46,070 bases of DNA from Chiloscyllium plagiosum (taxonomy: Eukaryota): NCBI RefSeq assembly GCF_004010195.1, contig NC_057753.1:5437435-5483504 (forward strand), in the 5' to 3' direction. The translations under genes and the position numbers were made by a program. Of this stretch, positions 23,935 to 36,214 are shown in pieces. Under the pieces are notes generated by a model. That model worked only from the letters and a program-made list of their open reading frames with translations. It searched no databases and had not been told where the DNA came from. Every line of letters starts with the position of its first letter. Position 1 is the first letter of the stretch.

Positions 23935-24283
23935 ATAAGACATAGGAGCGGAAGCAAGGCCATTTGGCCCATCGAGTCCACTCCGCCATTCAATCATGGC
24001 TGATGGGCATTTCAACTCCACTTACCTGCATTCTCCCCATAGCCCTTAATTCCTTGTGACATCAAGAATTTATCAATTTCTGCCTTGAAGACATTTAGCG
24101 TCCCAGCCTCCACTGCACTCTGTGGCAATGAATTCCACAGGCCCACCACTCTCTGGCTGAAGAAACGTCTCCGCATTTCTGTTCTGAATTTACCCCCTCC
24201 AATTCTAAGGCTGTGTCCACGGGTCCTAGTCTCCTTGCCTAATGGAAACAATTTCCTAGCGTCCACCCTCTCCAAGCCATGTA
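23935..24283 (-). mobile_element. CR1 LINE 3' end (second subfamily)
   Basis: ERVDARKLFPLGKETRTRGHSLRI..FFSQRVVGLWNSLPQSAVEAG. Confidence 0.9.
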
Positions 24284-25046
24284 AGACTGAATAGTACCAG
24301 AATCCAGGGAATACTGTACTGTAATTTTGTATCAGCAGGTGATAGCTTCAGAAACACTTGACATAGGTTGTAATCTTGGAGTAAGAAACTCCAGGACTTT
24401 CACTTCGATCTTTGGAATCATTGCTTAAGAAAAAAACCCAGTTCAATAGCCCCACTGTCTTTATTCAAGGTTAATAGCTATCTGTGTAGTCATTTTGGTT
24501 AGAGAACAGAATTAACAGGACTTTAGGATCCCAATAAGCAGGTGAGAGAGCAATTGAATATTGGCTTTATTTCTTTCTTTTTTCTCCAGCCAGCACAGAG
24601 TCAGTGCTCCAAACTGAGGTGACTCTACATCTCCTGCTAATTTTTTTTAAGGAGACTCTAAATCTCCTGATTTTTTAAATTTAAAACTCCCACACCTACC
24701 GCCTAACTGCAGTAGTGCTTATTTTTCCCCAGCACCCATGTTGTGTGTGTGTAGGTGTGAGACACAGTGAAAGATAAGAGGTGAACCAATCTTTATTCAA
24801 TTTCCACCACCAGGAAGAAAAGAAACACCCATTGACAAGCAGTGCCCTTCTCAGCACAGGGCAATGCTGCGTGAACAAAAAGGTGAAGGGGGAGGGCAGG
24901 GCAGGGATTAAATCAAAATAGAGTTGGAGGGGGAAATAATACACTCCACTCCCTGAAAATCTCGAGGGTGTTGGTGGACACCACATGCCCCTTCTCCAAG
25001 GACACACGGGCTTGAACGTTGGCTTTATTTGCACTCTGCATATGGT

Positions 25047-25259
25047 ACTGGAGAATTGAAAACAGCCAGATTATAAAAAAAAGAGGGAGGACGCTGGGAC
25101 TGGAGAAAGCACAGTAGGTACAAGGGAAAGGGACAGTGTGAGGACAGGATTTACAGCTTTGGGGAACAAATATTTCTTAGAAACTAGAATTATCTGTTTG
25201 AATTCCTATCCTGTATGTGTAGTCATTAATTTTGTAAATGAGCCGCCATTTTTCTTCAG
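25047..25259 (+). pseudogene. Orphan copy of the ZNF last-intron end/acceptor with no ZNF exon behind it
   Basis: GGATTTACAGCTTTGGGGAACAA and GAATTATCTGTTTGAATTCCTATCCTGTA match the gene 1 intron (GGATTTTACAGCTTTTGGAGCAACAA; GAATTGCCTGTTCTGAATTTTTATCCTGTA). Confidence 0.7.
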
Positions 25260-25350
25260 GAGTAAAATGGTACATCTGTGCGTATAATCGCACACGAATT
25301 AGATCGAGGGTGTGACGCTGTCGGTTTCGTTGCGATGTAAACTCCTATTT

Positions 25351-25810
25351 CGTGCCCGGTTGCTGCATCCGGATCTCTGTTCAGCTGCTGGAATTTGTTA
25401 AAGTGCTAATGGCGGACGATATACCCAGAAGACCTCGCGGGTCAGAAAGTCGAATGACACTTGGGGACGTGGGTGCGGTGTCGTTGCGTGGTCTGAGCAT
25501 GCTCACTGTGCGAGAGGGCCAAAGAACTGGAGAGGAGGGGGTGGGGCTGCGGGGACTCGAGACCGGGCGGGGAAGGGGGATGGGAGGGGAGAGAGGCTGA
25601 AGACTGCGGCCGGCTTGGGAAGGCTGAGTGTAGGCTTGAGACCCAAGAAGACGAGCCGACAGGTCCCGTCTTTTTAGCCTCGGGTGGGAGGAAGATCCGA
25701 GCTCGCCCACCGCCATCCTGTGTGGGGGAGGTCGCTTGAGGGTGGAGCTCCGCCTTCGTGACGTCGGGTTGCCTAGGCAACCGGTCGCCGCCGCTGCCGC
25801 CATTTTGAGA
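25351..25810 (+). promoter_or_regulatory. CpG-island promoter/first-exon module (probably ZNF gene 3)
   Basis: Perfect palindromic X-box GTTGCCTAGGCAAC at 25768-25781, CRE-like TGACGTC at 25759, YY1 GCCGCCATTTT; paralogous to 10731-11275. Confidence 0.65.
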
Positions 25811-26142
25811 GAGGTTGCCTGGCGTTTCGGTGACCACCGGCGACCATTTTGAGACAGTCCTGAAATGTGGAGAGAGAGAGAGAGAGAGAGAGACCCTCGA
25901 CGGCCATTTTGAGACTATCCTGAAAGGTGAGGATAAGACCGCTGGCGGCCATTTTGGGAGGCGGTTGTTTCAGGTGAGGGAAGCGCACTGCCGGCCATTT
26001 GGCACTACCCTGGAAGGTGAGGGGAAGACCACTGACGGCCATTTTAGGAGGCAATTGTTAAAGTGGTGGAAGACCACTGGCGGCCATTTTGAGACTATCC
26101 TGAAAGGTGAGGGGGAAAGGCCACCGGCGGCCATTTTGAGAG
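25790..26142 (+). repeat. ~45-bp tandem array, 8 units, each with a YY1-type CCATTT core
   Basis: CCATTT at 25800, 25844, 25904, 25949, 25995, 26039, 26084 and 26131; the one 60-bp spacing is due to a (GA)n expansion. Confidence 0.85.
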
Positions 26143-26494
26143 CAGTGCGGGGGGTGGGGGGAGGGGCAGAGGTAGAGAAGACATGTCCTTCTCGGTGGTA
26201 AAAGCATGGGCTGCAGATGCTGGAAACCAGATTCTAGATTAGAGTGGTGCTGGAAAAGCACAGCAGTTCCCACCTCCCTCCCCCCCCAACCCCAAGTCCT
26301 TGTACTATTAGCTAATGGGGACAACCTTTTCTTGAAATGGCCATCCCCCCCCCCCCCCCCGCCTTGTCTTGCCATATGCCCCTTATCCAATCTGGTCTCA
26401 AAAAATTCCCAAAAGAACCGAAGGCAGAAGTTGCTGGAAAGGCTGAGTGGGTCTGGCAGCACCTCGGCGGAGAAAAATCGGAGTTAACCTTTCG

Positions 26495-27050
26495 GGTGAA
26501 GAAGGTGTCGCCGGACCCGAACTCTGATTTCTCTCCACAGAGGCGCTGCCAGATCCGCTCGGCCTTTCCTGCAGCATCTGGCGTTGTTCTTGTTTCCCCC
26601 CCCCCAAAAAAAAGTTCTACACCTGTCTCAGGTGTCACCTGAGAAATCCTGTTTCTTCGGCGCTGCGAAAGCTAGTGCTTCCAGATAAACCTGTTGGACT
26701 ATAACCTGGCGTTGTGAGATTTTTAAGTCGGTTTTGAAACCAGTGAAAGTGTAAAATGAAGGGGGCAGCCAGCCCACTGTTTACAATGCAATCCTGAGGA
26801 TGGGTCGCTGGACCCGAAAGGTTAACTCTGACGTTTCTGTACGGAGGCGCTGCCAGACCCGATCAGCCTTTCCAGCAACGTCTGGCATTGTTCTTGCCCC
26901 ACCCGCCCCAAAAAAAGTTCTCCACCTGTCTCAGGTGTCACCCGAGAAATTCTGTGTCTTACGATCCTGCCCCACGAGCCACCTGACGAAGGAGCAGCGT
27001 TCCAAAAGCTAGTGCTTGCAGATAAACCTGGTGTTGTGAGATTTTTTAAC
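26495..27050 (+). repeat. Two copies (~300 bp apart) of a composite unit built from hammerhead-bearing repeats and an E-box palindrome
   Basis: GGACCCGAA..CTCTGA..GAGGCGCTGCCAGA..CCCCAAAAAAA(A)GTTCT.CACCTGTCTCAGGTGTCACC.GAGAAAT..AAGCTAGTGCTT.CAGATAAACCTG occurs twice. Confidence 0.8.
26794..26824 (+). ncRNA. Minimal hammerhead-like motif (second family)
   Basis: CTGAGGA-T-GGGTC-GCTG-GACCC-GAAA-GGTTA: core and 5-bp stem II intact, stem III altered. Confidence 0.55.
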
Positions 27051-27597
27051 CATCCTCATGACCTGTCCCATCTGTCCATCTTCCTTCCCGTCTATCCGCT
27101 CCACTCTCCCCTCTGACCTATCATCTTTACTCCCACCTCCATCCACCTATTGCACTCTCAGCTACCTTCCCCTCCAGGACTCTAATCTCCTGCACCTGCA
27201 GTACTCACTTTTGCCTAGATTTTTAACTTTGTCCATCACAGTGCAACACCAGCACCTCGACATCTGAGAATCCCTGCAGTGTTCCTTCCAGATTTGAAGG
27301 AAGGACTTCTTGATCTTAAAATGTTAAGTCTTTGTTTCCCTCTCTGCAGATGCTGCCAGATGCAACAGACAAACCCCGGGCAGTCGCGTTGGAAGAGGCA
27401 ATGGAATAGCGGTAAGGTCACAGGGCCAGCAGCTCCGAGTCTTCCTAATAGGTTTGAATCACGTCATGGCAGTTAGTGAGATTTGAATTCACTTAATAAA
27501 TATATAATTAAAACCTGGTTAATGCAACCAGATGATCACGTAAGAGAAAGCCCCAAAGAACTGCAGATGCTGGAAGTCAGAAACAAAAACATAAGTT

Positions 27598-28170
27598 ATA
27601 GAGTCATAGAGATGTACAGCATGGAAACAGACCCTTCGGTCCAACCCGTCCATGCCGACCAGATATCCCAACCCAATCTAGTCCCACCTGCCAGCACTCA
27701 GCCCATATCCCTCCAAACCCTTCCTATTCATATACCCATCCAGATGCCTCTTAAATGTTGCAATTGTACCAGCCTCCACCACTTCCTCTGGCAGCTCATT
27801 CCATACACGTACCACTTTCTGCATGAAAAAGTTGCCCCTTAGGTCCCTTTTATATCTTTCCCCTCTCACCCTAAACTTATGCCCTCTAGTTCTGGACTCC
27901 CTGACTCCAGGGAAAAAACTTTGTCTATTTATCCTATCCATTCTCCTCATAATTTTGTAAACCTCAATAAGGTCACCCCTCAGCCTCCGACGCTCCAGGA
28001 AAAACAGCCCCAGCCTGTTCAGCCTCTCCCTGTAGCTCAAATCCTCCAACCCTGGCAACACTCTTGTAAATCTTTTCTGAACCATTTCTGAACCATTTCA
28101 AGTTTCACAACATCTTTCCGATAGGAAGGAGACCAGAATTGCACACAATATTCCAACAGTGGCCTAAGCA
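27598..28170 (-). mobile_element. Young CR1/HER1-like LINE 3' end
   Basis: Open 135-aa RT C-terminus ([49 protein letters not shown]). Confidence 0.92.
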
Positions 28171-28629
28171 ATTCGGAAAAACATGGAACTGAAGAAGTGT
28201 CTCTGGACCTCCAGGTTAACTCTGCTTTCACTCCACACATGCTGCCGAACCTGCTGTGTTTTTCCAGCAATTTCTGTTTTTAAATGGTATGATCATTGTC
28301 AATTGTCATTAAAAATGCATCTTGTACACTAATGTCTGTTAGATGTGAAATTTTTTGACTCTGATCTTCACCATCTGCAGTCCTCACTTTCTTCTCTCTG
28401 TTAGTTTCAGAGATCTGAGCATACGAACCCTCGAGTTAATCTGGCAAGGTAAAGCTTTTAAACTATGACGTTGACAGTACATTGTCTCTTCCTATTCCTC
28501 TGCCTAAATGCATCATCTCATTACAAGGATTGTAGGAATTTAGAAGATTGAATGTGACTTTGATGTTATTTGATACTGATCAAGATGATAGAGGGAAACT
28601 ACATTCACATAAGGCGTCACATCAAAAGA

Positions 28630-29740
28630 TAAAATCTCACATGACTGAATTCTGCAATGGTATAACTGATTTGTGGGGAAAAACTGGATCACTTATGACT
28701 ATATTCACGGCAGTTTAGAAGAATGAGGGGGATAATCTCATAGAAACCTATAAAATCCTAACAAGACTGGACAAAGTAGAGATAAGAAGGACTTTCCCAG
28801 TTATGGGGAAGTCCAGTACCAGAATGTCACAGTGGAAGGAAGCAGGGTAAACCATTTAGGATTGAGATGAGGACAAGTTTCTTCTCCCAGAGAGTAGCGA
28901 GCCTGTGGAATTCGCTACCACAGAAAGCGGTGGAGGCCAAAACACTGAACATTTTCAAGAAGGAATGAGATTTAGCAGTTGGGGCTAAAGGGATGGAAGG
29001 ACATGGGGAGAAAGCATGAACATGCTACTGAATTGAATGATCAGCCATGAACGATAGAACAGGTTCGAAGGGCCAAATGGTCGACATGTTATTCTTATAT
29101 TCTGTTTCTATGACATGTTTAGCACAAGTAGAGAATTGTCTAGCAGAGAGTGTGATGTACAAGTATAGATTAGAGCAGCTTTGCTGGAGCAGACTCAATG
29201 GGCTATTTCTGTACTGTATGACTCTGAGTCGTGACAAATGGGTTGGCATGCTGTAACTGACCAGGCTATAACAATTCTGTGGAGTACTACAGGGTATCTG
29301 TGTGGGAGACTCAAATATTTACAATCCATATCAAATGACTTGAATACATATGGTAGCCAAATTTGCTGATGACGCCAAATATAAGAGGAACTTATATTGT
29401 TTAACAAATCTGTGAATGGGTATAAATAGAGCATGTAAGTGAGTGAAAAATCGACAGATAGGGTATGATATGAGAAGATGTTAACTTTGACGGAAAGAAT
29501 AGAAGAGCGAAATCTGAATTAAATGGAGAAAGATTGCAGAACTTTGCGGAACGGAGGGGTGTGGGTGTCCTGCTGCATGAATGACAAGATGTTAGTATGG
29601 AAGTACACTGATTAGGAAGGCAAATTAATGCTTACTAGAAGGGAGTGGGATATCAATGAAGTTTTGATGCAGCTATGCAAGGCCTTGGTGAGATCATATC
29701 CTGAGTATTGTGTACAGTCATATTTTCCTTTCTTGGAAAA
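28630..29740 (+). mobile_element. Cluster of old CR1 fragments
   Basis: CR1 3' end at 28700-29110; KFADDAK near 29360; ALVRSYPEYCVQ near 29690. Confidence 0.7.
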
Positions 29741-30265
29741 AACAGATCAGATCAATCATCTAATTTGTTGTGAATGTATTGTGAGGAGTGTCTTTAGCTT
29801 TTTTTTTACTCTGATTATCCCTGACGTTACTCTAGTTGCTAACATCCTATTCTCTCTGTCAGTTATCTTTTTTCTATTTCTTGACCTACCCATCGTTGAC
29901 CCAAAATGTTGCCACACATTCAAAGTTCAACACTTTGAATGCTGACTTATTGCTTACATTTTCTGAATAGTTGAGACAACATGATTTTGAGCGTCTTCAC
30001 CCAGTGGGTGAATACAAGTTGCGTTTGATGTTTGCAGTATAGGAATCCCTGGGCCGTGCGTATATTCACTGTGAGAGGTTGCAGCCCCTCTGACTAGCCC
30101 TTGAGGGGCTACTTCTCAGGTTTTGGCACTCTTTTAATCCTCATTCTTCTAATCTTTGGATGCCCAATTTGTAAAGGAATGGGTCCTGCTTTTGCATCTG
30201 GTTAAAAACAGTAGTTTATATGTCCCGGATGTGTGGATCCATGTGTTTGAAAGGTCTTTCATACA

Positions 30266-30590
30266 ATCCCTACAATATGGATCAGGCCATTTAGCCCAAC
30301 AAGTCCACATCAACCCTCTGAAGACTATCCCTCCCAGACCCATTCTCCCACATTTTTCCCCTGAATAATGCACCTGGCTTGCTCATCCCTGAACACTATG
30401 GGCAATTTAGCATGACTAATTCACCTAACTTGGACATTTTTGGACTGTGGGAGGAAACTGGAGCACTCAGGGGAAATCCACAAAGACACAGGGAGAATGT
30501 GCAAATTCCCCCGCAGATAGTCGCCTGAGGCTAGAATTGAACCTGGGTGCCTGTCGCTGTGAGATGGCAGTGCTAACCACTGAGCCACCC
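30266..30590 (-). mobile_element. V-SINE (HE1-like)
   Basis: GTGGCTCAGTGGTTAGCACTG A box, GGTTCAATTC B box and V-core on the minus strand. Confidence 0.85.
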
Positions 30591-31165
30591 TTGTCTGTGC
30601 TTGTCAGCCCTCACAGATAAAATATGTAGTATCCATCTTTCGGCTGGATACCTTCCACAGTGAATACATCAGGGCGCTTAGCATCTTGTATACACTGAGC
30701 CATCATTCTGGTTTAGCTAGGAAGTTTGCCTTTTAATGCTGGTGTTGGCCTATTTCCGCTTGACTGAAGAGATTTGGGGAAACAATGGGGAACAAATGTT
30801 CTAATTTTGTACCATGTTTTTCGAGCAGCGATGACTCCTGTAAGCTCTTTGTGCCGGATTTCAGAAGGGGAGGATTCATAGGCGGGGAACTCAAACCAAA
30901 ATGTCACGTCAGGATCGGACAGAGTGACTCGGTTAATTGGGACTTGAACACCATCAGCCTTTGAACGTAGAAGGAGAATTGCTTTTCTGTTGATGAAGGC
31001 TTCAAACATCAGTGTGACTGAGAAATCACTGAAGCACACACATGGGTTGGTGATAAAGACCTTTCAAAGCCTGAAAGGAACAGCATTCACATCAGGTGGA
31101 AATCACTCTGACTGGACGAGGCTTCAGCTGGTTATGGGACTTGGAGGGATACAAGGATATACGCC

Positions 31166-31756
31166 ATGGAGAAACCCTGGAAATGTGGGGATTGTGGGAA
31201 GGGATTTAATTACCCATCTGAACTGAAGATTCATCGGCGCACTCACACCGGCGAGAGACCTTTCACCTGCTCTGTCTGTGGGAAAGGATTCACTCACTCT
31301 TCCCATCTTGCGACACACCAGCGTGTTCACTCCAACAACAAACCTTTTAATTGTTCTGACTGTGAGAAGTGCTTCAAAAGCAAAAAGGATCTGATAACGC
31401 ACCAATATACTCACACTGGGGAGAGGCCATTTGCTTGCACAGTGTGTGGGAAGGGATTTGCACGTTCGTCCACCCTGGTGAAACACCAACGGGTTCACAC
31501 TGGCGAGAGACCATTCACTTGCTCCGTGTGTGGGAAGGGATTCAGTAATTCGTCAAATCTTCTGACACACCAGCAGGTTCACACAGGGGACAGACCATTT
31601 ATCTGTTCCATATGTAGGAAGGGTTTCACTCGTTTATCCCACCTACAGACACACCAGCGAGTGCACACTGGGGAGAGGCCATTCACCTGCTCTGAGTGTG
31701 GGAAGGGGTTCACTCAGTCATCCAACTTGCTCACACACCAGCGAATTCACAAGTAA
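31166..31756 (+). CDS. C2H2 zinc-finger protein, 7 tandem fingers (ZNF gene 3)
   Basis: GCCATGG start, MEKPWKC; 7 intact fingers, mostly with TGERP/TGDRP linkers, ending HQRIHK*. Confidence 0.92.
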   Translation: MEKPWKCGDCGKGFNYPSELKIHRRTHTGERPFTCSVCGKGFTHSSHLATHQRVHSNNKPFNCSDCEKCFKSKKDLITHQYTHTGERPFACTVCGKGFARSSTLVKHQRVHTGERPFTCSVCGKGFSNSSNLLTHQQVHTGDRPFICSICRKGFTRLSHLQTHQRVHTGERPFTCSECGKGFTQSSNLLTHQRIHK

Positions 31757-32009
31757 CAGCAGGGCTTAGACTCTGTTAGTACTGTTTTTAATCACATGCA
31801 GTACTAATTACATTAATTCAGAGTTTGTTCCCAGTTTGGGAATCAGTTAGTTCAGTTGGCTGGAGGCTGGCTTGCAGAGTGACACGAAGGGCACGGTTTC
31901 AGTTCCCGTACTGGTTGAGATCACCTTGAAAGTCCCACCTCCTGAACCTTGCCCCTCATCTGACGGATGGCAAACCTCAGACTAAACCAGCACCATCTAG
32001 AAAGATTCT

Positions 32010-35000
32010 TAGAGATGTACAGCACAGAAACAGATCCTTCGGTCCAACTCGTCCATGCCGACCAGATATTCTAAATGCCCCTCATGATTTTATAAACCTC
32101 TATAAAGTTACCCCTCAGCTTCTGACACTCCAGGAAAAGCAGCCCCAGCTTACTCAGCCTCTACCTGTCACTCAAACCCTTCAACCCTTGCAACATGCTT
32201 GTAAATCTTTTCTGAACTCTTCCAAGTTTTGCAACATCCTTCCTATAGGAGGGAGACCCGAATTGCACACAATATTCCAAAAGTGGCCTAACCAATGTGC
32301 TGTACAGCTGCAATGTGACCTCTCAACTCCTACACTCAATTCTGTGACCAATAAAGGAAAACATACCAAATGCTTTCTCCACTATCCTATCTACCCGCGA
32401 TTCCACTTTGAAGGAACTATGAACCTGCACTCCAAGGTCTCTTGGTTCAGCAACACTCCCCAGGACCTTATCATTAAGTATATAAGTCCTGCCCTGGTTT
32501 GCCTTTCCAAAATGCAGCATTTATCTAAATTAAACCTCATCCGCCACTCCTTGGTCCATTGGCCCATCTGATCAAGATCCTGTTGTACTCTGAGGTAACC
32601 TTCTTCGCTGTCCACTACATCTCCTATGTTCACATCCAAACCATTTAGAAAATGACGAAAAGCAGTGGACCCAGCACGGATCCTTGTAGCACATCACTGT
32701 CACAGGCCTCCAATCTGAAAAGAACTCTCCAAAGTCACCCTCTGTCTTCTTCCTTTGAGCCAGTTCTGTATTCGAGTGGCTAGTTCTACCTGTATTCTAT
32801 GGGTTGTAACCTTGCTAACCAGTGTACCATGAAACACTTTGTCGAATGCCTTACTGAAGCCCATATAGATTACGTGCACTGCTCTACCCTCATTAATCCT
32901 CTTTGTTACTGATTCAAAAAAACTCCATCAAGTTAGTGAGACATGATTTCCCATGCACAAAGCCATGTTGTCTATCCTTAATCCGTCCTTGCCTTTCCAA
33001 ATACATGTAAATCTTGTCCCGTAGGATTCCCTCCAACACCCTACCCACTGATGTCAGGCTTACCGGTCCATAGTTCCTTGGCTTGTCCTTACTACCTTTC
33101 TTCAATTGAGGCAGCATGTTCGCCAACCTCCAGTCTTTTCGCACCTCACCTGTGATTATCTCAGCAAGGGGCCTAGCAATCACTTCTCACAGAGTTCTAG
33201 AGTACACCTGATCAGGTCCCGGAGATTCATCCACTTTGCTGCATTTTAAGACATGCAGAACCACCTCCTCTGTAATATAGACATTTTTCAAGATGTCACC
33301 ATGTATTTCCACACATTCTATGTCCTTCTCCACAGTAAACACTAATGCAAAATACTTGTTTAGTATCTCTCCCACCTCCTGAGTTACCATACGTAGGCTG
33401 CCTTGCTGATCTTTGAAGGGTCTTGTTCTTTTACTAGTTACTCTTTTGTCCTTAATATATTTATAAAATCTCTTTGGATTCTCCTTGACCCTATTTATCG
33501 AAGCAATCTGATGTCCACTTTTTGCCCTCCTGATTTCCCTTTTAAGTGTACTCGTACTGCATTTATGCTTTCCTAAGGATTCACTCGATCTCTGCTGTCT
33601 ACACCTGACGTATGCTTTTTTTAAACCAAAACCTAGCCCTGCCTTTCACCCTAATAGGAATATACTGCCTGTGGACTCCCATTATCTCATCTTGAAGGCT
33701 TCCCATTTTTCAGCCATCACTTTACCTGCAAACATCTGCTCCCAATCAACGTTTGAAAGTTCTTGTCTAATACCATCAAAATTGACCTTCCTCCAATTTA
33801 AAAATTCAACTTTTAGATCCAGTCTAACCTTTTCCATCATCACTATTTCAAAACTAATGGAATTATCATCACTGGCCTGAAAGTGCTCCCCTACTGACAC
33901 CTCAGTCACTTACCCTGCCTTATTTCCCAAGAATAGGTCAAGTTTTGCACCTTCTCTAGTAGGTACATCTACGCTCTGGTTCAGAAAATTTTCTTGTGCA
34001 CACTTAAATTTCTCTCCATCTAAACCCTAACACTATGGTCATCCCAGTCTATGTTTGGAAAGTTAAAATTCCTGATCATTACGACCCTAATATTCTTTCA
34101 GACAACTGAGATCTTCTTACAAATTTGTTTCTCAACTTCCTTATGACGATTGGGGAATCTATATTACAACCCAATAAGGTTATCATCCCTTTCTTATTTC
34201 TCACTTCTACCCAAATAACTTTCCCGGATGTATTCCCAGGAATATCCTCCTTTAAGCCCAACCATAATGTTATCTTTTATCAAAAACGCCACTCTCCCAC
34301 CTCTCTTGCTCCCCTTTCTATCCTTGCTATAGCATTTCTATCATGGAACATTAAGCTGCCAATCCTGTCCATCCCTAAGCCACATCTCTGTAATTGTTAT
34401 GACATTCCAGTCCCATGTTCCTAACCATGCCCTGAGTTCATCTGCCTTCCCTGTTAGGCCTCTTGCATTGAAAGAAATGCAGTTTAATGAATCCATCCTA
34501 CCTTGGTCTCTGCCATGTTCCTGTCTGCCCTGGCTGTTTGACTTGCTCCTTTTCCCAACTATACCAGCTTCAGACTGATCTCATTTCTCACTATCTCTTT
34601 GGCCCCCACCCCCTCCCCGTCCCACCTTACTAGTTTACATCCTCCAGAACAGCAAATCTCCCTGCCAGTATATTAGACCCCTTCCAATTTAGGTGAAATC
34701 CATCCTTCTTGTACAGGTCATGTCTACTCCAGAAGAGATTTCAATGATTCAAAAATATGAACACTTCTCCCGTGCATTAGCTCATCAGCTACACATTCAT
34801 CAGCTCTATCCTCCTATTTCTGCCCTTACTTAGACGTAGCACCAAGAGTAATCCAGGTATTATTACCCTCAAGGACCTTTTTAAATTCCTGCCTAACCTC
34901 CTCTGTTCTCCCTTCAAAATCTCATCCTTTTTCCTTCCTATGTCCTTAGTTCCGATGCGTACAAAGACCTCCTGCTAGTCCCACTCCCTTTGGGAATACC

Positions 35001-35040
35001 CTGTACTCTCTCCGAGATACCTTGACTCTTGCACCAAGGT
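32010..35040 (-). mobile_element. Long degraded CR1 LINE (ORF1 end, APE, RT, 3' tail) inserted downstream of ZNF gene 3
   Basis: IWVEVRNKKGMITLLG; GEHFQASDDNSISF; SPGPDQVY; PRNYGPVSLTSVG..QHGFVHGKSCLTNLMEFF; CR1 tail at 32010. Confidence 0.9.
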
Positions 35041-35062
35041 TCTGATAATGCACTACCATCTT

Positions 35063-35136
35063 CACACTGGGGAGATGCCATTCACTTGCACAATGTGTCG
35101 GAAGGGATTTATGCATTCATCCACTCTGGTGAACTC
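35063..35136 (+). pseudogene. Relic zinc finger ([24 protein letters not shown])
   Basis: Direct translation from CAC at 35063; lacks the His pair. Confidence 0.75.
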
Positions 35137-35259
35137 ATTCATCTACCATCAGTCTCTTGCAAATGAGAGTAATGGTATGATTTTCTAGTGGTTTCTAGAG
35201 ATTTCACACCAGCCCCCAAAAATCACTGGGTTGAAGTTTCATACTCTGGTTAAATATGA

Positions 35260-35265
35260 AATAAA
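35260..35265 (+). terminator. Candidate polyadenylation signal for ZNF gene 3
   Basis: AATAAA about 125 bp after the relic finger, just beyond the CR1 insertion. Confidence 0.35.
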
Positions 35266-36214
35266 TCATCTTTTATTTAAACACATTGTAAGGTTCTGTC
35301 TTTTCCACCTGAGTGCTAGTCTTCAATTGAAGGAAGGACAATCTGGGGTGAGAATCATACAACAGCCTGGGCATGGTCTTCCAGGGTCACACTGAGAGGG
35401 ACAAATGCCACTGTGGTCTTTCACATCTTTCTTCACTGACAGCAAAGTCCCTGTGAGAGACCATCCTTAGGTGTGTAAGGAAATCATCTTAGCTGCTCTC
35501 TCCCATGGTTCAGAGCTTGTAGACAGGGAACACAAAAGACTTTCACCACTGAGTTTAGAGTCAGCATGAACAATAGGGGATGCTGGAAACCAGCTGTGAA
35601 GTCAGAGATTAGGGTCAAAGTGAGATCTGTTCCTGACTGAAAGTGAAATTGCATGTTAAAGTTTCCAGTATGAATGTTGCTGCTGCAATTTTTCTACGAA
35701 GTTTTAACATTTTTATGTCAGAAGTTCTGAAGCTACCATTTTGAAGCAGTTGTTAATTTTCATTCCAGTGATCCTTCTGAAAAAAAAAGAATTGATTCAA
35801 GTCTGCATTAAAATAACTGTTGGAGAAATTGAGAGGATTCTGTTAACTGCTCATATAATTCTGTGGTAGACATTTGATCTTGGCATAAGGAAGGTTATAG
35901 CAGCTAAGTACTTCTGTTACTGAATTAGTATTGGAGAAGCTGGACAGATAACCTGCAGATGTGAGTTCTGAAGTCACCACTGAAATTGGGGACCAGAAGT
36001 TCAGTTAATTGAATAAATCTGGAAGGAATAAAATGCTGATATAAGTGACTTTAAAACTGCTGGTTTGTTGTAAAAGCCAGGGGTTTTACAGCTGGGTTGC
36101 TGTCATCTCCCAGGTAATGAAACCTCATCTGGCCCAAAGGTAACTTCAATGTGTTTTACTCCATTCCGACTGCTCTTCCCTCTCCAAGTCTGGTTTTATT
36201 TGAGCAGGCTCCTA

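Noticed and set aside
24690..24960. Possible exon or LTR
   Set aside because: It looks like an interspersed repeat fragment, but no termini, TSD or coding signal could be established.
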